Assembly: GCA_035193785.1 (NCBI GenBank)
Contig: CP136572.1
Location: forward strand, 1,152,001 to 1,216,000
Direction: 5' to 3'
Source of the DNA: Planktothrix sp. GU0601_MAG3
GTDB taxonomy: Bacteria; Cyanobacteriota; Cyanobacteriia; Cyanobacteriales; Microcoleaceae
DNA length: 64,000 nt
Shown here one piece after another: positions 45,457 to 57,693 of this stretch (its first letter is position 1; each line of letters begins with the position of its first letter). The translations under genes were made by a program, and so were the position numbers. The notes beneath the pieces were generated by a model. That model did not search any database and was not told the origin of the DNA. It worked only from the letters and a program-made list of their open reading frames with translations.

Positions 45457-46086
45457 ATGCTGGATTACCTGCGAAATGGTGACGATATTTATAGAAAATC
45501 CTTTGCGATGATTCGCGCTGAAACCCCCTTAGAAAATCTATCGGAGGATTTAGCTCATGTAGCCGTCCGTTTGATTCATGCCTGTGGAATGACCGATATT
45601 GTTCAGGATTTAGAAGCCTCATCCGATGCGGTAAAAATTGGACGGGATGCCCTAGCTAATGGTGCTAAAATTTTTTGTGATTCTCAGATGGTTGCCAATG
45701 GGATTACCCGTAAGAGATTACCTCAAAATAACCCGATTATTTGTACCCTGAATCATCCAGAGGTTCCCGAAATAGCCCATCAAATTAATAATACTAGATC
45801 GGCGGCGGCTTTAGAATTATGGCGACCGGATTTAGCCGGGGCTGTAGTTGCTATTGGTAATGCTCCCACGGCCCTATTTCGCTTACTAGAATTACTAGAT
45901 TTAGGAATAGCAAAACCCGCCCTAATTTTGGGTTTTCCCGTGGGATTTGTGGGGGCAGAAGAATCAAAAGCCGAATTAGCAGCCCATAGTCGCGGTGTTC
46001 CCTTTATCACCCTGCACGGGAGGCGGGGGGGGAGTGCGATCGCAGCCGCAGCAGTCAACGCTTTAGCAAAGGAAAACGAATTATGA
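45457..46086 (+). CDS. cobH: Precorrin-8X methylmutase
   Basis: IYRKSFAMIRAE, RLIHACG, IGNAPTALF, PVGFVGAEESK, GRRGGSAIAAA. Confidence 0.96.
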   Translation: MLDYLRNGDDIYRKSFAMIRAETPLENLSEDLAHVAVRLIHACGMTDIVQDLEASSDAVKIGRDALANGAKIFCDSQMVANGITRKRLPQNNPIICTLNHPEVPEIAHQINNTRSAAALELWRPDLAGAVVAIGNAPTALFRLLELLDLGIAKPALILGFPVGFVGAEESKAELAAHSRGVPFITLHGRRGGSAIAAAAVNALAKENEL

Positions 46087-46787
46087 CCGGATTAGGACGA
46101 CTTTATGGACTGGGTATTGGCCCCGGAGATCCCGAATTACTCACCCTCAAGGCCCACCGAATTCTAACTACTGTCCCAGTAATTGCCTATCCGACCCTAG
46201 AAAATGGCAAGGTTTTGGCCCGGGCGATCGTGGCTGATTTTATTCGCCCCGATCAGATTGAAATTCCCATGCCCTTACCCTTCAGTGTGGAGCGCAGTTC
46301 CCAACCCTATTATGATATAGCCGCCGAAAAGATTGCCGAACAGTTGAGTCTGGGGCGAGATGTGGCGGTGCTCTGTGTGGGCGACCCGATGCTGTATGGC
46401 AGTTTTATGTATATCTTTAATCGCCTAGCGGGGCGGTTTGCCATTGAAGTTGTCCCCGGAATTTCTTCGGTGATGGCCAGTGCCGCCATGTTGGGCGTGC
46501 CGATCACCTATCGCAATGATGTTTTTAGCATTATGCCCGGGACATTGGAGGCGGAAATATTGCGCGATCGCCTTTCCAAAGTTGACGCGGCGGCTATTAT
46601 TAAATTAGGCCGACATTTTGCTAAAGTTCGGGATATTTTGCAGGAATTAGGGTTATTAAATCGCGCCCTTTATATCGAAAGAGCGACTTTACCAAATCAG
46701 AAAATTATTCCGATTACTGAAGTTGATCCCGAAGCCGTAACCTATTGGTCATTAATTTTAGTTCCGAGTATCACCCAACCCCAATGA
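46083..46787 (+). CDS. cobI: Precorrin-2 C20-methyltransferase
   Basis: GLGIGPGDPELLTLKA, GDPMLYGS, VVPGISS. Confidence 0.93.
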   Translation: MTGLGRLYGLGIGPGDPELLTLKAHRILTTVPVIAYPTLENGKVLARAIVADFIRPDQIEIPMPLPFSVERSSQPYYDIAAEKIAEQLSLGRDVAVLCVGDPMLYGSFMYIFNRLAGRFAIEVVPGISSVMASAAMLGVPITYRNDVFSIMPGTLEAEILRDRLSKVDAAAIIKLGRHFAKVRDILQELGLLNRALYIERATLPNQKIIPITEVDPEAVTYWSLILVPSITQPQ

Positions 46788-48272
46788 AACCACCCGCTAT
46801 TATTATTCTAACAGAAACCAGTATAAAAGTTGCTCGGAAAATTCAAGAGGGCATCGGTTTCAGCCATGATTTATGGTTTAATTAATCGTACCCAATCGGC
46901 GGATTTAACCTATACTAATTTTGGGGAAACGGTGCGGGAATTATTCCAAACCGGAACACCGATAATTGGAGTTTGTGCGGCGGGAATTTTGATTCGGACA
47001 ATTGCGCCTTTATTAATTAATAAAAATACCGAACCTGCGGTTTTAGCGATCGCGGAAGATGGTAGTGCTGTTGTGCCTTTATTGGGAGGTTTACAAGGAG
47101 TTAATGATTTAGCCCGTCAAATTGCTTCAACCCTGAATATTTCCCCGGCAATTACCACCAGTGGCGAGATTAGATTTAAAACCACATTATTATCTCCCCC
47201 GGCGGGTTATCAATTAGTTAATCCCGATGATGCCAAAACTTTTATTGCCGATTTGTTAGCAGGGGAAACAGTAAAATTAATCGGTGAAGGCGACTGGTTA
47301 GAAAAAAGTCAGTTACCCTTTGCCACCGATGGAAAATTAACCATTGAGATTCGAGATCATAATAATTTAGAATTAGCAAAACCGAGTTTAAATTGTTTAG
47401 TTTATCTCTTAGATCAGGGAAACTCAACGGAGGAAAAAAAGGATTTTCACCCAACTATTCAAGGGGCAGAAAGCCCGATTTCCCCGCCAGAAACCGGGGT
47501 AAATCCGGGGAAATTAGCGATAGTGGGGACGGGGCCAGGTGCGGCCCGTTGGATGTCCCACCAAGTGCGAGAGGTACTGGAAACCGCAACGGATTGGGTG
47601 GGTTATAAAACCTATTTAGACTTAGTAGAATCCCTGCGGAAACCGGAAATTATTCGCCATGAATCGGACAATCGGGTGGAATTAGATCGGGCGGAAACGG
47701 CCTTAGATTTAGCTGCCCAAGGGCGGTCAGTGGTGGTAGTTTCTTCCGGTGATCCGGGGATTTATGCCATGGCATCGGCGGTGTTTGAGGTATTAGAAAA
47801 AAAGGCAAAACCGACATGGGAAACCGTGGAGATTCAGGTCTGTCCTGGGATTTCGGCGATGCAAGCGGCGGCGGCGAGTGTGGGTGCGCCCTTGGGACAT
47901 GATTTCTGTGCAATTTCGTTATCTGATATTCTCAAATCCTGGGAAACCATTGCTAGACGGATTGAGTTAGCAGCAGAAGCGGATTTAGCGATCGCATTTT
48001 ATAACCCGGTTTCTAAGGATCGGACTTGGCAACTTTCCCAGGCTAAAGAGATTTTATTAAAGTGGCGATCGCCCCAAACCCCTATTATTTTAGCCCATAA
48101 TTTAGGTCGAAAAGGGCAAACCGTGACGATCAAATTTCTGGAAGAATTAACCGTTGAAGATGCCGATATGCGCACGGTAATTTTAATCGGATCAAGTAAA
48201 ACTAGAATGATTCAGCAAGGAGATAAAAAGCTATGGGTTTATACCCCGCGTCACTATAGCAATCCGATTTGA
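46784..48272 (+). CDS. cobJ: CbiG-N / precorrin-3B C17-methyltransferase fusion; frameshift at 46857-46861
   Basis: ATG at 46784 overlapping cobI stop; VPLLGGLQGVNDLA (CbiG); VGTGPG, SSGDPGIYAMA, GAPLGHDF, YTPR. Confidence 0.92.
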
Positions 48273-48352
48273 TGGGTGTCCCAAATTTCTGATTAATCGG
48301 GAATGGGCAATAAATAATAGGATTAATCTTGAGCTCAAATTCAAAAAATTAC

Positions 48353-50079
48353 ATGAGTTTTACCATGCTAGATGAAATCATTAATCTTCAAAATGCAATT
48401 ATTCCTATTTGTGCGATCGTAACGCCGGATACGCCTCTGTTGGAAGCATTAATGATCATGAATCAAACCCATACAAAACAATGCTTAATCCCCGAATTAT
48501 CCCATCCGACTGAAAACTCAATTTTTTATTCTCAGCCCCCCGGATGTCTATTGGTAATGGAAGATGAAAAATTAGTGGGCATTTTAACCGAAAGAGATAC
48601 GGTAAAATTAGCTGTCCAAGCGGAAAATCTGTCTCAAATAACGGTTAAACAGATTATGACACAACCCGTAATTACCTTAAACCGTGAAGAATTTACGGAT
48701 GTATTTGTGGTTTCATAATATGATGCGTCGTTTTCAAATTCGTCACTTACCGATTCTGAATGAACAGAAACAAGTTTTAGGGTTAATCACATTAAGCAGC
48801 TTGCGACAGGTTTTAAATCATCACCATTTTTTGAGGTTTCGCCAAGTTTCAGAAGTGATGACTCGTCAGGTTATTACAGTTGATCCCTTAACTTCTATCC
48901 GTGAAATTGCTACGATTTTAGCCCAATATAATATTAGTTGTATTGTGGTTGTGGTTGAACAAGAAGGCACATTCTACCCCGTCGGAATTGTCACCGAACG
49001 AGATATTTTACAACTGCAAGCCTTGGAACTCAATTTACAAAATCTCGCCGCCGAAGCGGTGATGAGTTCTCCTATATTTTCAATTCAATCTACAGACCCT
49101 CTATCAACAGCACAACAAATTTTACAAAAACATAAAATCCGCAGGTTAGTAGTTGTCAATGAACAGGGAGAATTACAAGGAATTATCACCGAAAGTAATT
49201 TAGTTCAGGTTTTAGATCCTTTAGAACTCTATGGGATTTTAGAAATATTAGAACGAAAAGTCAATCAATTAGAAGAATCCCGGATTTCATTGCTCAAAAA
49301 ACAAGATTTTGAACTCGTTCAAGCCTTAGAAAATCAAGAGTTTAGTCTTTACTATCAACCTCAAATTGATTTAAAAACCGGAGAAATTGTTGGTGCAGAA
49401 GCATTAATTCGGTGGATATCTCCTGAAAAGGGGAATATTTCGCCGATTGAATTTATCCCGATTGCTGAAAATACAGGTTTGATTGTGCCTTTAGGGAAAT
49501 GGGTATTAAAAACGGCTTGCACCCAAGCGGTTGCTTGGAAACAAGTGGGACTTCCGGCCCTGGAAATTGCAGTTAATATTTCGGCTCAACAGCTTGAAGA
49601 TGATAATTTCGTATCCGATGTGATATCAATATTAACACAAACAGGTTTAGAACCCCAACGATTAAAATTAGAATTAACCGAAAGTGTGCTAGTTCATAAT
49701 ATTAATTTAACCTTAGAAAAATTTAAACAGTTACAGGAATTAGGCATCGAAATTGCCATTGATGATTTTGGCACGGGTTATGCCTCTTTAAGTTATATTC
49801 AAAACTTTTTATTTGATGTTTTAAAAATTGATCGCTGTTTTATTAAGGATATTATGCAAAATCATAAAAATTCAGCGATTGTTTCCGCGATTATCCGACT
49901 AGCCCGTCAACTGAATTTTAAAGTCATTGCTGAAGGGGTAGAAACGGAGTTAGAAACGAGAGTTTTTAACCCAACAAGGTTGTGATTTTATTCAAGGGTA
50001 TTTGATTAGTCCTCCTCTGCCCTTTGAGCAATTCTGTGATTTTTATTTCCGCTATTCTGAGAAAATCAAACAGACTTAA
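48353..50079 (+). CDS. CBS-domain / EAL c-di-GMP phosphodiesterase; frameshifts at 48710-48714 and 49953-49957
   Basis: Four CBS repeats (GILTERD, GIVTERD); EALIRW, DDFGTGYASL, KIDRCF, EGVE; corrected tail GCDFIQGYLISPPL. Confidence 0.88.
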
Positions 50080-50687
50080 ATCTCTCCAGTTTCTCCCAAA
50101 TATCGGGTTAAATAGGGAGAAAAAACCTCGTAAATCAGGGTTAAGGGTTTGCCATGATGCCAGAATAAATAATGACGTCCCCAAAACGGCCCGGATTCTC
50201 CAAAGGCTAATTCTAAGGCTTTGCTATCCCCATAATAAATTCCCTGCACGTCTCGATAAAGTTCCGTTCGCAACCGTGCTAAACTCGCCCAGATGGGCAA
50301 AGATCGGTTTTGTAAATATTCATCAACGTGACTGGCTTCCCACCAAGATGTGGCGTAGGCTAACCGTTGTCCCGATGCGGTTCTTAACCAGACTTGACGG
50401 CGGACACGGGGGCCAGGAACCGCTAAAATCTGGTCTGGGGCGTTATCCGTGCTCAAACCAATGGCCGACATATCAATCACATCAACCTCCGTGGGTTCCC
50501 CCGTCAACAGTTGTAAATGTCGAGTTGGGGAACCATCCCCTAACATTAAAATTTGCCAAGGGGGAGAGAGTTGACTATGGGGTAGTCCTTGTTTCACAAT
50601 GGCTTCATCCCCCTGCCATCGACACTTAAGACGATGCCAAGCAGTGGGTTGAGCAACGGGTTCTAGTCTTCTAATACTAACAGTCAA
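50076..50687 (-). CDS. ubiC: Chorismate pyruvate-lyase (cyanobacterial DUF98 type)
   Basis: LGDGSPTRHL, RRQVWL, LAYATSWW, WGRHYLF, IYEVFSP. Confidence 0.85.
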   Translation of the reverse strand: MTVSIRRLEPVAQPTAWHRLKCRWQGDEAIVKQGLPHSQLSPPWQILMLGDGSPTRHLQLLTGEPTEVDVIDMSAIGLSTDNAPDQILAVPGPRVRRQVWLRTASGQRLAYATSWWEASHVDEYLQNRSLPIWASLARLRTELYRDVQGIYYGDSKALELAFGESGPFWGRHYLFWHHGKPLTLIYEVFSPYLTRYLGETGEI

Positions 50688-50775
50688 GGCTCTTTACAAA
50701 ACTTAATGTATATTTATTGTTTATGATAGCGCAACAATTGTCATCTGTCGGGTTTCAAGTTTTAGGGATTAGTTT

Positions 50776-51258
50776 ATGAATGACGTTTTAAAAGAGGTTA
50801 CAATTTATACCGATGGAGCCTGTCGTGGCAATCCAGGGCCAGGGGGATATGGCGTGGTCTTAATGTCTGGCCTCCACCGCAAGGAATTATCGGGGGGATA
50901 TCAACTCACGACTAATAATCGGATGGAATTAATGGCGGCAATTATAGGATTAGAAGCCTTAAAATTTCCCTGTGCGGTTAATTTATATACGGATTCTAGT
51001 TATTTAGTTGATGCGATGAATAAAGGATGGGCGAGGAAATGGCAGAAAAATAATTGGCAACGTAGTCAAAAAGAATCGGCTAAAAATCCCGATTTGTGGG
51101 AAAGATTACTCAAGATATCCGAACAACATCAAGTTCGATTTTTTTGGGTGAAAGGTCATTCAGGAGATGAGGAAAATGAATGTTGCGATCGCTTGGCTGT
51201 AAAGGCTGCTCAACAACCTGATTTACTCCCGGATTTGGGTTATTCACAAGAGAATTAA
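50776..51258 (+). CDS. rnhA: Ribonuclease HI
   Basis: [37 protein letters not shown]. Confidence 0.97.
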   Translation: MNDVLKEVTIYTDGACRGNPGPGGYGVVLMSGLHRKELSGGYQLTTNNRMELMAAIIGLEALKFPCAVNLYTDSSYLVDAMNKGWARKWQKNNWQRSQKESAKNPDLWERLLKISEQHQVRFFWVKGHSGDEENECCDRLAVKAAQQPDLLPDLGYSQEN

Positions 51259-51351
51259 TCCCATTAATTTAGATTCAATTAAATCGAGATGGAGTGACAT
51301 TTTATCCAGATTTGATATAATTATATTTGTCAGTTCTGCAAAGGCGAATCA

Positions 51352-51901
51352 ATGAATATGGCGATCGCAACTTTAACCGAAACTGAAACCTTTTCCCTAG
51401 AAGACTTTATGGCAAATCCCCCCGATCATCAAGAGTGGGTGGATGGACAACTGGTGGAGAAAACCGGAATGACAATCAAACATAGTCGGATTCAATGTCG
51501 GTTAGGTCGTTATTGGGGGAATTATGCGATTGAATCTGGACAAGGGGGAGATGCTTATACAGAAACTTCCCTGTCGCACCTTAAAACAAGGGAGACGTCC
51601 TGATGTTTCCTATCTCACACCGGAATTATTAACAGAATTTGGGGAGTTTCCCACCTTACCCCAAAGTCCTCCCCTTCTGGCTGAAATTGCGTCTCCCAGT
51701 GATGCGGCGGAGGATTTATTTGCTAAAGCTAGTGAATATTTAGAGTCCGGTTGTCAGGAAGTGTGGTTAGTTTTTCCCGAAAATCATCGAGTTTTAATTA
51801 TTACTGAAAATCAAACCTGGGCGTTTAAATCCGGTGATATTATTAATACACAAATTATTTTATTAGGATTTAGTATTGAAATCAATAAATTATTCGGTTA
51901 A
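51352..51901 (+). CDS. Uma2 family endonuclease; frameshift at 51562-51566
   Basis: EWVDGQL, RRPDVSY, LLAEIASP, EVWLVFP. Confidence 0.9.
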
Positions 51902-51906
51902 CTTTC

Positions 51907-51953
51907 GTAGTAAGCCCTTCAGGGCTTTATGAGAGTCCTAAAGGACTCACTAC
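51907..51953 (-). repeat. GTAG-REP doublet, same family as 13129 (inverted)
   Basis: GTAGTAAGCCCTTCAGGGCTT..GAGTCCTAAAGGACTCACTAC, 5 nt after the Uma2 stop. Confidence 0.9.
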
Positions 51954-51982
51954 CTTCTATGATAATTAGAAAATCAAAACCC

Positions 51983-52057
51983 ATGACCCAATTAACCTTA
52001 AATTTAGAAACTATTGATCTGACGGATGAACAATTTTTTCAACTTTTTCAGAATAGT
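51983..52057 (+). pseudogene. 5' stub of another Uma2 gene
   Basis: MTQLTLNLETIDLTDEQFFQLFQNS matches the typical cyanobacterial Uma2 N-terminus (LTDEQFxQLCQxN); breaks at hairpin TTGCGCTTCAGCGCAA. Confidence 0.65.
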
Positions 52058-52115
52058 TGTTGCGCTTCAGCGCAATCAGAAGACTATAATAAAAACAATG
52101 TTTAGGGATCAATAA

Positions 52116-53520
52116 ATGACTTGGAATCCAGGAAAAGAGTTAAATAATGGTAAGTATAGAATTGAAGAGCAGATCGGGCGAGGAGGCTTTTCTGTAACCT
52201 ACAAAGCACTACACCTAAAATTAAACGATTCGGTTGTTATTAAAACCCCAAATGATGACCTAATTAAAGATGTAAATTATAGTAAGTATACAGTTGCATT
52301 TATTAAAGAAGCTCAAATCTTAAAAAAATTACCTCAAAATCTTAATATTGTTCAAGTAACAGATTTATTTGATGAAGAAGATGAAGAGTTTTTTATTCCC
52401 TGTATTGTCATGGACTTAGTTCCTGGTGAAAGTTTGAAGGATATAGTTAAGAGTCAAAAGAATCTTTCTGAAGAAGTTGCTTTAAAATATATCTTTAAAA
52501 TAGGTGAAGCCTTAGATCTTCTTCATCAAAATGGATTTGTTCATCGAGATGTTCATCCTGGCAATATTATCATTAGTGATAAGGATAAACCCATATTAAT
52601 TGATTTGGGACTAGCAATAGAAATTTCACCTCAGAGCTTAGACTTGAATAATTATGGTCATCCTCAGTTTATTGCTCCTGAACAAAAGCAAGGAAATTGT
52701 CAACCGACCATCGATATATATGCTTTAGCTGCAACTTTATATTATCTCGTTACAGGTAAATATGCACAAGAAAGCCCTGAAAAACGAGAGTTAATTAAAA
52801 AAATAAAAGTACCAAAAAGCTTAAACCGTGCAATTAGTAATGCTGTTAGTAAAGCTATTTTGAAAGGCTTAGAATTGAACTCTAGTGATCGTCCCCAATC
52901 TATGCAGGAATGGCTAAAAATGCTAGGAAGCGATCAGACTTTTTCTGTTATTGAAACTAGATCTAAGCCGATTGAATTACTTTCGGTCTGTGGAATTGAT
53001 TATCGAAACTTAGAAACGGTTCTTAAAAACTAAAAATTGGTATGCTGCGGATTGGGAAACAACAGAAATCATGTGTAAAATTATGGGGGAAAATAATAAA
53101 GGTAAACTCCAAGTTACTGATGTTATCAGCTTTCCCTCACAAGACATCAAAACCATTAATCAACTTTGGTCATCTTATAGTGATAATAAATTTGGTTTTA
53201 CTACACAAAAGAGAATTTATCGAGAGTTAGGAGGTACTTCTACTTATGATGAACAAGTCTGGAAAGAATTTTGTCAGCGTGTAGGGGAGTGGAAATTAAA
53301 CTATGGCTGGTTTTCTTTCTCTTTCAATAAAATTAATGAAAGTCCCGATGCTCCTTTAGGACATTTACCAATTTTGATGTATTTACCTGAATTATGGTTT
53401 TTAGAAAGTCCATCCAGAGTTATACCAGTTTATAGGAAATTAGCGCTCAGTATAGTTAATCAAAGTTTTATGGGATATGGCTATTTTTGGGCAACGTTAC
53501 TGTCTCGCGATGATTTATAG
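52116..53520 (+). CDS. Ser/Thr protein kinase with C-terminal GUN4-like domain; frameshift at 53013-53017
   Basis: GRGGFSVTY, VVIK, HRDVHPGN, DLG, APE; GIDY..L...L....W..AD.ET, LWSSYSDNKFGFTTQKRIY, APLGHLP. Confidence 0.88.
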
Positions 53521-53551
53521 CAGTGTGCAAAACATTATATTCAAGCAACAC

Positions 53552-53633
53552 AGAAACCGGGTTTCTAAAAAAATCTTTATTCTATCCCAAAGTTGTTGTC
53601 AGAAACCCGGTTTCTTGGAGTGGTGCGTAAGTC
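53552..53633. repeat. AGAAACCGGGTTTCT doublet followed by a TGCGTAAGTC MITE end
   Basis: Same modular layout as 45321-45409. Confidence 0.75.
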
Positions 53634-53697
53634 TAAAAAAAATAAGGTGAGTTATAACTTGCGTAAACCCACCTAAAAATCAATATTGAATTAAAGA

Positions 53698-54649
53698 TTA
53701 ACCATTCAAAGCTTCTGCGCCACCAACCACTTCCAGAAGTTCCTGGGTAATGGAAGCCTGACGAGCTTTGTTGTAGGATAGGGTCAGGGATTTAATTAAA
53801 TCTCCAGCATTTTCACTGGCATTACTCATCGCCGTCATCCGGGCGGCTAATTCACTAGCAATAGATTCTTGCCAAGCGCGTAACAATTGGTTAGTTAAAA
53901 ACAAAGGTAATAACGCATCCAAAATCTGAGCGGGATCTTGTTCAAAAATCATGTCTCTGGGTAAATCCGTGAGAGTATTTTTGACTTTCTCCCGTGAGAC
54001 TTCAAATTGACCATTTTTAGTTGTCAAACGGAAAATCTCATCATCTTGGGGTTCCAACCCTTGAGGATCAAGGGGTAACAGGGTTTGAATCACCGGACGA
54101 GAAGCAATTAACGAAACAAATTTCGTATAAATTAACTCAATCCGATCCAATTCCCCGGATAAAAATAAAGCCAAAAGATTTTCCGCAGAATCCTGGACTC
54201 TTTCTAAAACCGGATTTTTCTCTGGGTTTTCCACCGTAACGCGGATAGGAGTATCCCGTCTTTGGAAATATTGAATCGCTTTGCGTCCTACTAATAAATA
54301 GGTGCATTCAATTCCTTCAGCTTGCAACTCTTGGGCGCGAGTTTCAGCCCTTTTAATCACGCTACTATTATAAGTCCCACACAAGCCCCGATTACCAGCA
54401 ATTACCAGTAATCCGACTTTTTTCACTTCCCGTTGTTTGAGCAGGGGTAAATCCGCTTCTTCAAATTTCAAACGGGATTGTAACCCATAAAGAATTCCGG
54501 CCAATCGATCAGCAAAAGGGCGGGAAGCCAAGACTTGTTTCTTGGGCACGACGCACTTTAGCCGAAGCAACTAGACGCATCGCTTCTGTGATTTTTTTTG
54601 TATTTTTAACCGAATCAATGCGATCACGGATCGCTTTTAAATTTGACAT
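53698..54649 (-). CDS. atpG: ATP synthase F1 gamma (cyanobacterial atpC); frameshift at 54537-54541
   Basis: [49 protein letters not shown]. Confidence 0.97.
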
Positions 54650-54789
54650 AGTTTTGTCAGTTATAGCAGGGAACAGGGAACACCGGATCTGGCTGTGTCG
54701 TGAGTCGTGAGCCAGTGGAACGAGAACAGGTTGGCTGCATCAGTCTTTGTCAAACACCTTTGGGCGCGACTGCTATATCACCTAAAAAT

Positions 54790-54892
54790 TAAAGAGTCAA
54801 CAGTGAACAGTATCTTAACTCTTACACTGATAACCGTTAACTCTTACACTGATAACTGTTAACTGATAACTGATAAATGATGACTGTTAACT
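54790..54892. repeat. STRR-type repeats including a 22-bp duplication (CTCTTACACTGATAACYGTTAA) between atpA and gamma
   Basis: Read directly; ACTGATA/ACTGTTA heptamers. Confidence 0.7.
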
Positions 54893-54894
54893 AA

Positions 54895-56413
54895 TTAAGC
54901 CGAGACTAAAAATGTTTGTTTGAATTCGTTGATCCCGTCCTTCAGCAGACCTTCAGCTTCATCGTCGAGGACTTTTTTGCCTTGAACGATTTCCACATAT
55001 TTGGGTTTGCTATTTTTCAGATATTCCCGCAGTCCAATGGCAAAGGAGACAATTTTTTCCACGGGAACTTCATCGAGATAACCGTTAATTCCGGCGTAAA
55101 TTACTGCCACCTGTTCAAACAATTGCAGGGGAGAATTTTGGGACTGTTTTAACAATTCTTGTAGACGTTTGCCCCGTTCCAATTGGTTACGGGTGGCTTG
55201 GTCTAAATCGGAGGCGAACTGAGAAAAGGCAGCTAATTCAGCATACTGAGCTAACTCCAATTTCACTTTCCCGGCCACTTTCTTCATGGCTTTAGTTTGG
55301 GCAGCCGAACCCACCCGAGACACGGAAATCCCGGCGTTCACCGCCGGACGTAAACCGGAGTTAAATAAATCGGAGGAGAGGAAGATCTGACCGTCGGTAA
55401 TCGAAATTACGTTAGTCGGAATGTAGGCGGAAACGTCACCCGCTTGGGTTTCAATGATTGGTAAGGCCGTCATACTGCCACTACCGAGTTCATCGTTCAG
55501 TTTTGCCGCCCGCTCTAATAAACGAGAGTGGAGGTAGAACACATCCCCAGGATAGGCTTCCCGTCCGGGAGGACGACGGAGTAGCAGGGACATTTGACGG
55601 TAGGCTTGGGCCTGTTTGGATAAGTCATCATAGATGACCAGGGTGTGCTTGCCTTTGTACATGAAATACTCGGCGATGGTGGCCCCAGTATAGGGAGCCA
55701 GGTATTGCAGAGTCGCCGATTCACTAGCACTCGCAGCCACAACGACGGTATAGGCCATCGCTCCTTTTTCTTCCAGGGTTGCCACCACCTGAGAAACCGT
55801 AGAGGCTTTTTGACCAATGGCAACATAGACGCAGATCACGTCTTCGCCTTTTTGGTTAATGATCGTGTCAATGGCGATGGAGGTTTTTCCAGTTTGACGG
55901 TCACCAATAATTAATTCCCGTTGACCCCGACCAATGGGGATCATGGAGTCAATGGCGGTAATCCCCGTTTGCATGGGTTCGCACACGGAACGGCGGGAGA
56001 TAATCCCAGGGGCCGGAGATTCTAATAAGCGAGTTTCCGAGCCTTTAATATCCCCTTTACCATCAATGGGACGGGCTAAGGCATCAACCACCCGGCCTAA
56101 CATGGCGTCGCCAACGGGAATCTGAGAAATTCTGCCAGTGGCGGTGACGGCGGAAACCCTCTTGGATTTCCCGACCTTCACCCATTAACACCGCACCAAC
56201 GTTATCTTCTTCCAGGTTGAGGGCAATCCCGATGGTACCGTCGGCAAATTCTAATAGTTCGCCGGACATGGCTTTATCTAAACCATAAATCCGGGCGATA
56301 CCGTCACCGACTTGCAGAACAGTTCCGACGTTGGTTTCTTTAACGTCTTGGTCGTACTGTTCAATTTGCTGCTGAATAATACTGCTAATTTCGTCAGGTC
56401 TGATCGCTACCAT
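54895..56413 (-). CDS. atpA: ATP synthase F1 alpha; frameshift at 56153-56157
   Basis: [16 protein letters not shown]-loop, [21 protein letters not shown]. Confidence 0.98.
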
Positions 56414-56485
56414 TGTTCTTGTCAGTAGTTAGGGGTTATGAGTTAAAAAAAGATCCCCGACATGATCATGACGGGTCACTAGATT

Positions 56486-57037
56486 TTATTGGGCTAATTT
56501 GATCCCAATGCGGCGTAGTTGTCCACGCAAACTGGCATCTACTACGCGAGATCCAACTTTGATAATTACACCGCCCAAGAGGTCAGGGTCGATGGTCGTG
56601 GCAACTTCCACTTGTCGAGCATTAGTCATGGCTTTGACTTTTGCGGTTAAAGTATTCTGTTGATCTTCTGTTAACGGATGGGCGGAAGTGACTTCTGCCA
56701 ATACCGTTTGATTGAGTTTCCGCAGTAATACTAAATACTGTTTACCAATTTCCACTAGGAATAAAATCCGGCCTCGATCTACTAACAGCAGCAAGAAATT
56801 CCGCAATGCGGGATTAACTTCCTCGGCCATGATCCTTTGCAGAATGGCTTTTTTATCCTGGGGTTTCACCACAGGACTTTCTAAAAACATTTTTAATTCT
56901 GCGGAATTGTCCAGTAGTTCGAGCAATGAACGAATCTCATTCCCAAATTCTTCGGTTAAATTTCTCGATTGAGCCACGGACATTAACGCCGAGGCGTAAG
57001 GCTCAATAATTTGTCCGGCGATCGCGCTCATATTCAA
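56486..57037 (-). CDS. atpH: ATP synthase F1 delta (cyanobacterial atpD)
   Basis: [25 protein letters not shown]. Confidence 0.95.
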   Translation of the reverse strand: MNMSAIAGQIIEPYASALMSVAQSRNLTEEFGNEIRSLLELLDNSAELKMFLESPVVKPQDKKAILQRIMAEEVNPALRNFLLLLVDRGRILFLVEIGKQYLVLLRKLNQTVLAEVTSAHPLTEDQQNTLTAKVKAMTNARQVEVATTIDPDLLGGVIIKVGSRVVDASLRGQLRRIGIKLAQ

Positions 57038-57561
57038 CCTCCCAGCAGAGCTAGACTCTGATCAATTAACCGTTCCTGAATATTGTCATTCAGATGCTGT
57101 TTGAGTTGAGATTCTGCCCGTTCAATGGCTTGACTAGCAATTACAGAACGCAGTTGAGCGATCACCCGTTCCCGTTCTGAATCCGACTCCTGACTGGCAG
57201 TGGCCTTCATCCGTTCCACATCTTCGGCAGCTTTAGTCAGAATTAAGTTAGCAACCGTTGTCGCCCTTTCTTCGGCTTCAGCTAAAATCCGTTGGGCTTC
57301 AGTCTGGGCGTCACTGAGTTTCTTCTGTTGTTCTGCCAGAGACACTTGTGCTTGTTCTTGGCGCTGTTCCGCTTCTTTAATGGCTTCTTCAATGGTGGAG
57401 CGTCTTTCACTTAGGATTTTTCCTAAAAACCCTCGCCCAAAGTAAACCAGCACAACAATCAGAATAGCTAGGTTAATTAGGTTCGTCTCTAAAATATTGG
57501 TATTGAGACCGAATCCAGCTTCAGAGCTAGCTTCTGTGGCTAGTAATAAAACAGTCTCCAT
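57034..57561 (-). CDS. atpF: ATP synthase F0 subunit b
   Basis: [15 protein letters not shown]; coiled coil. Confidence 0.95.
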   Translation of the reverse strand: METVLLLATEASSEAGFGLNTNILETNLINLAILIVVLVYFGRGFLGKILSERRSTIEEAIKEAEQRQEQAQVSLAEQQKKLSDAQTEAQRILAEAEERATTVANLILTKAAEDVERMKATASQESDSERERVIAQLRSVIASQAIERAESQLKQHLNDNIQERLIDQSLALLGG

Positions 57562-57693
57562 GATGTTCTTCTCATAAATGCGCGGCTAAGTCTCTAACCT
57601 CTAAATAATTTAGGAAGGTAAAACTTTAGCCTGGGCTATTATCTTCAATCGGAATTTTCTGGAAATCCAACAAAAAAGTTAGGGCATCCAAGA

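Noticed and set aside
50024..50629. 201-aa + strand ORF
   Set aside because: Antisense shadow of ubiC with no recognisable motifs. The same applies to the other short ORFs overlapping gltB, mreBC, cax, cob and atp genes.
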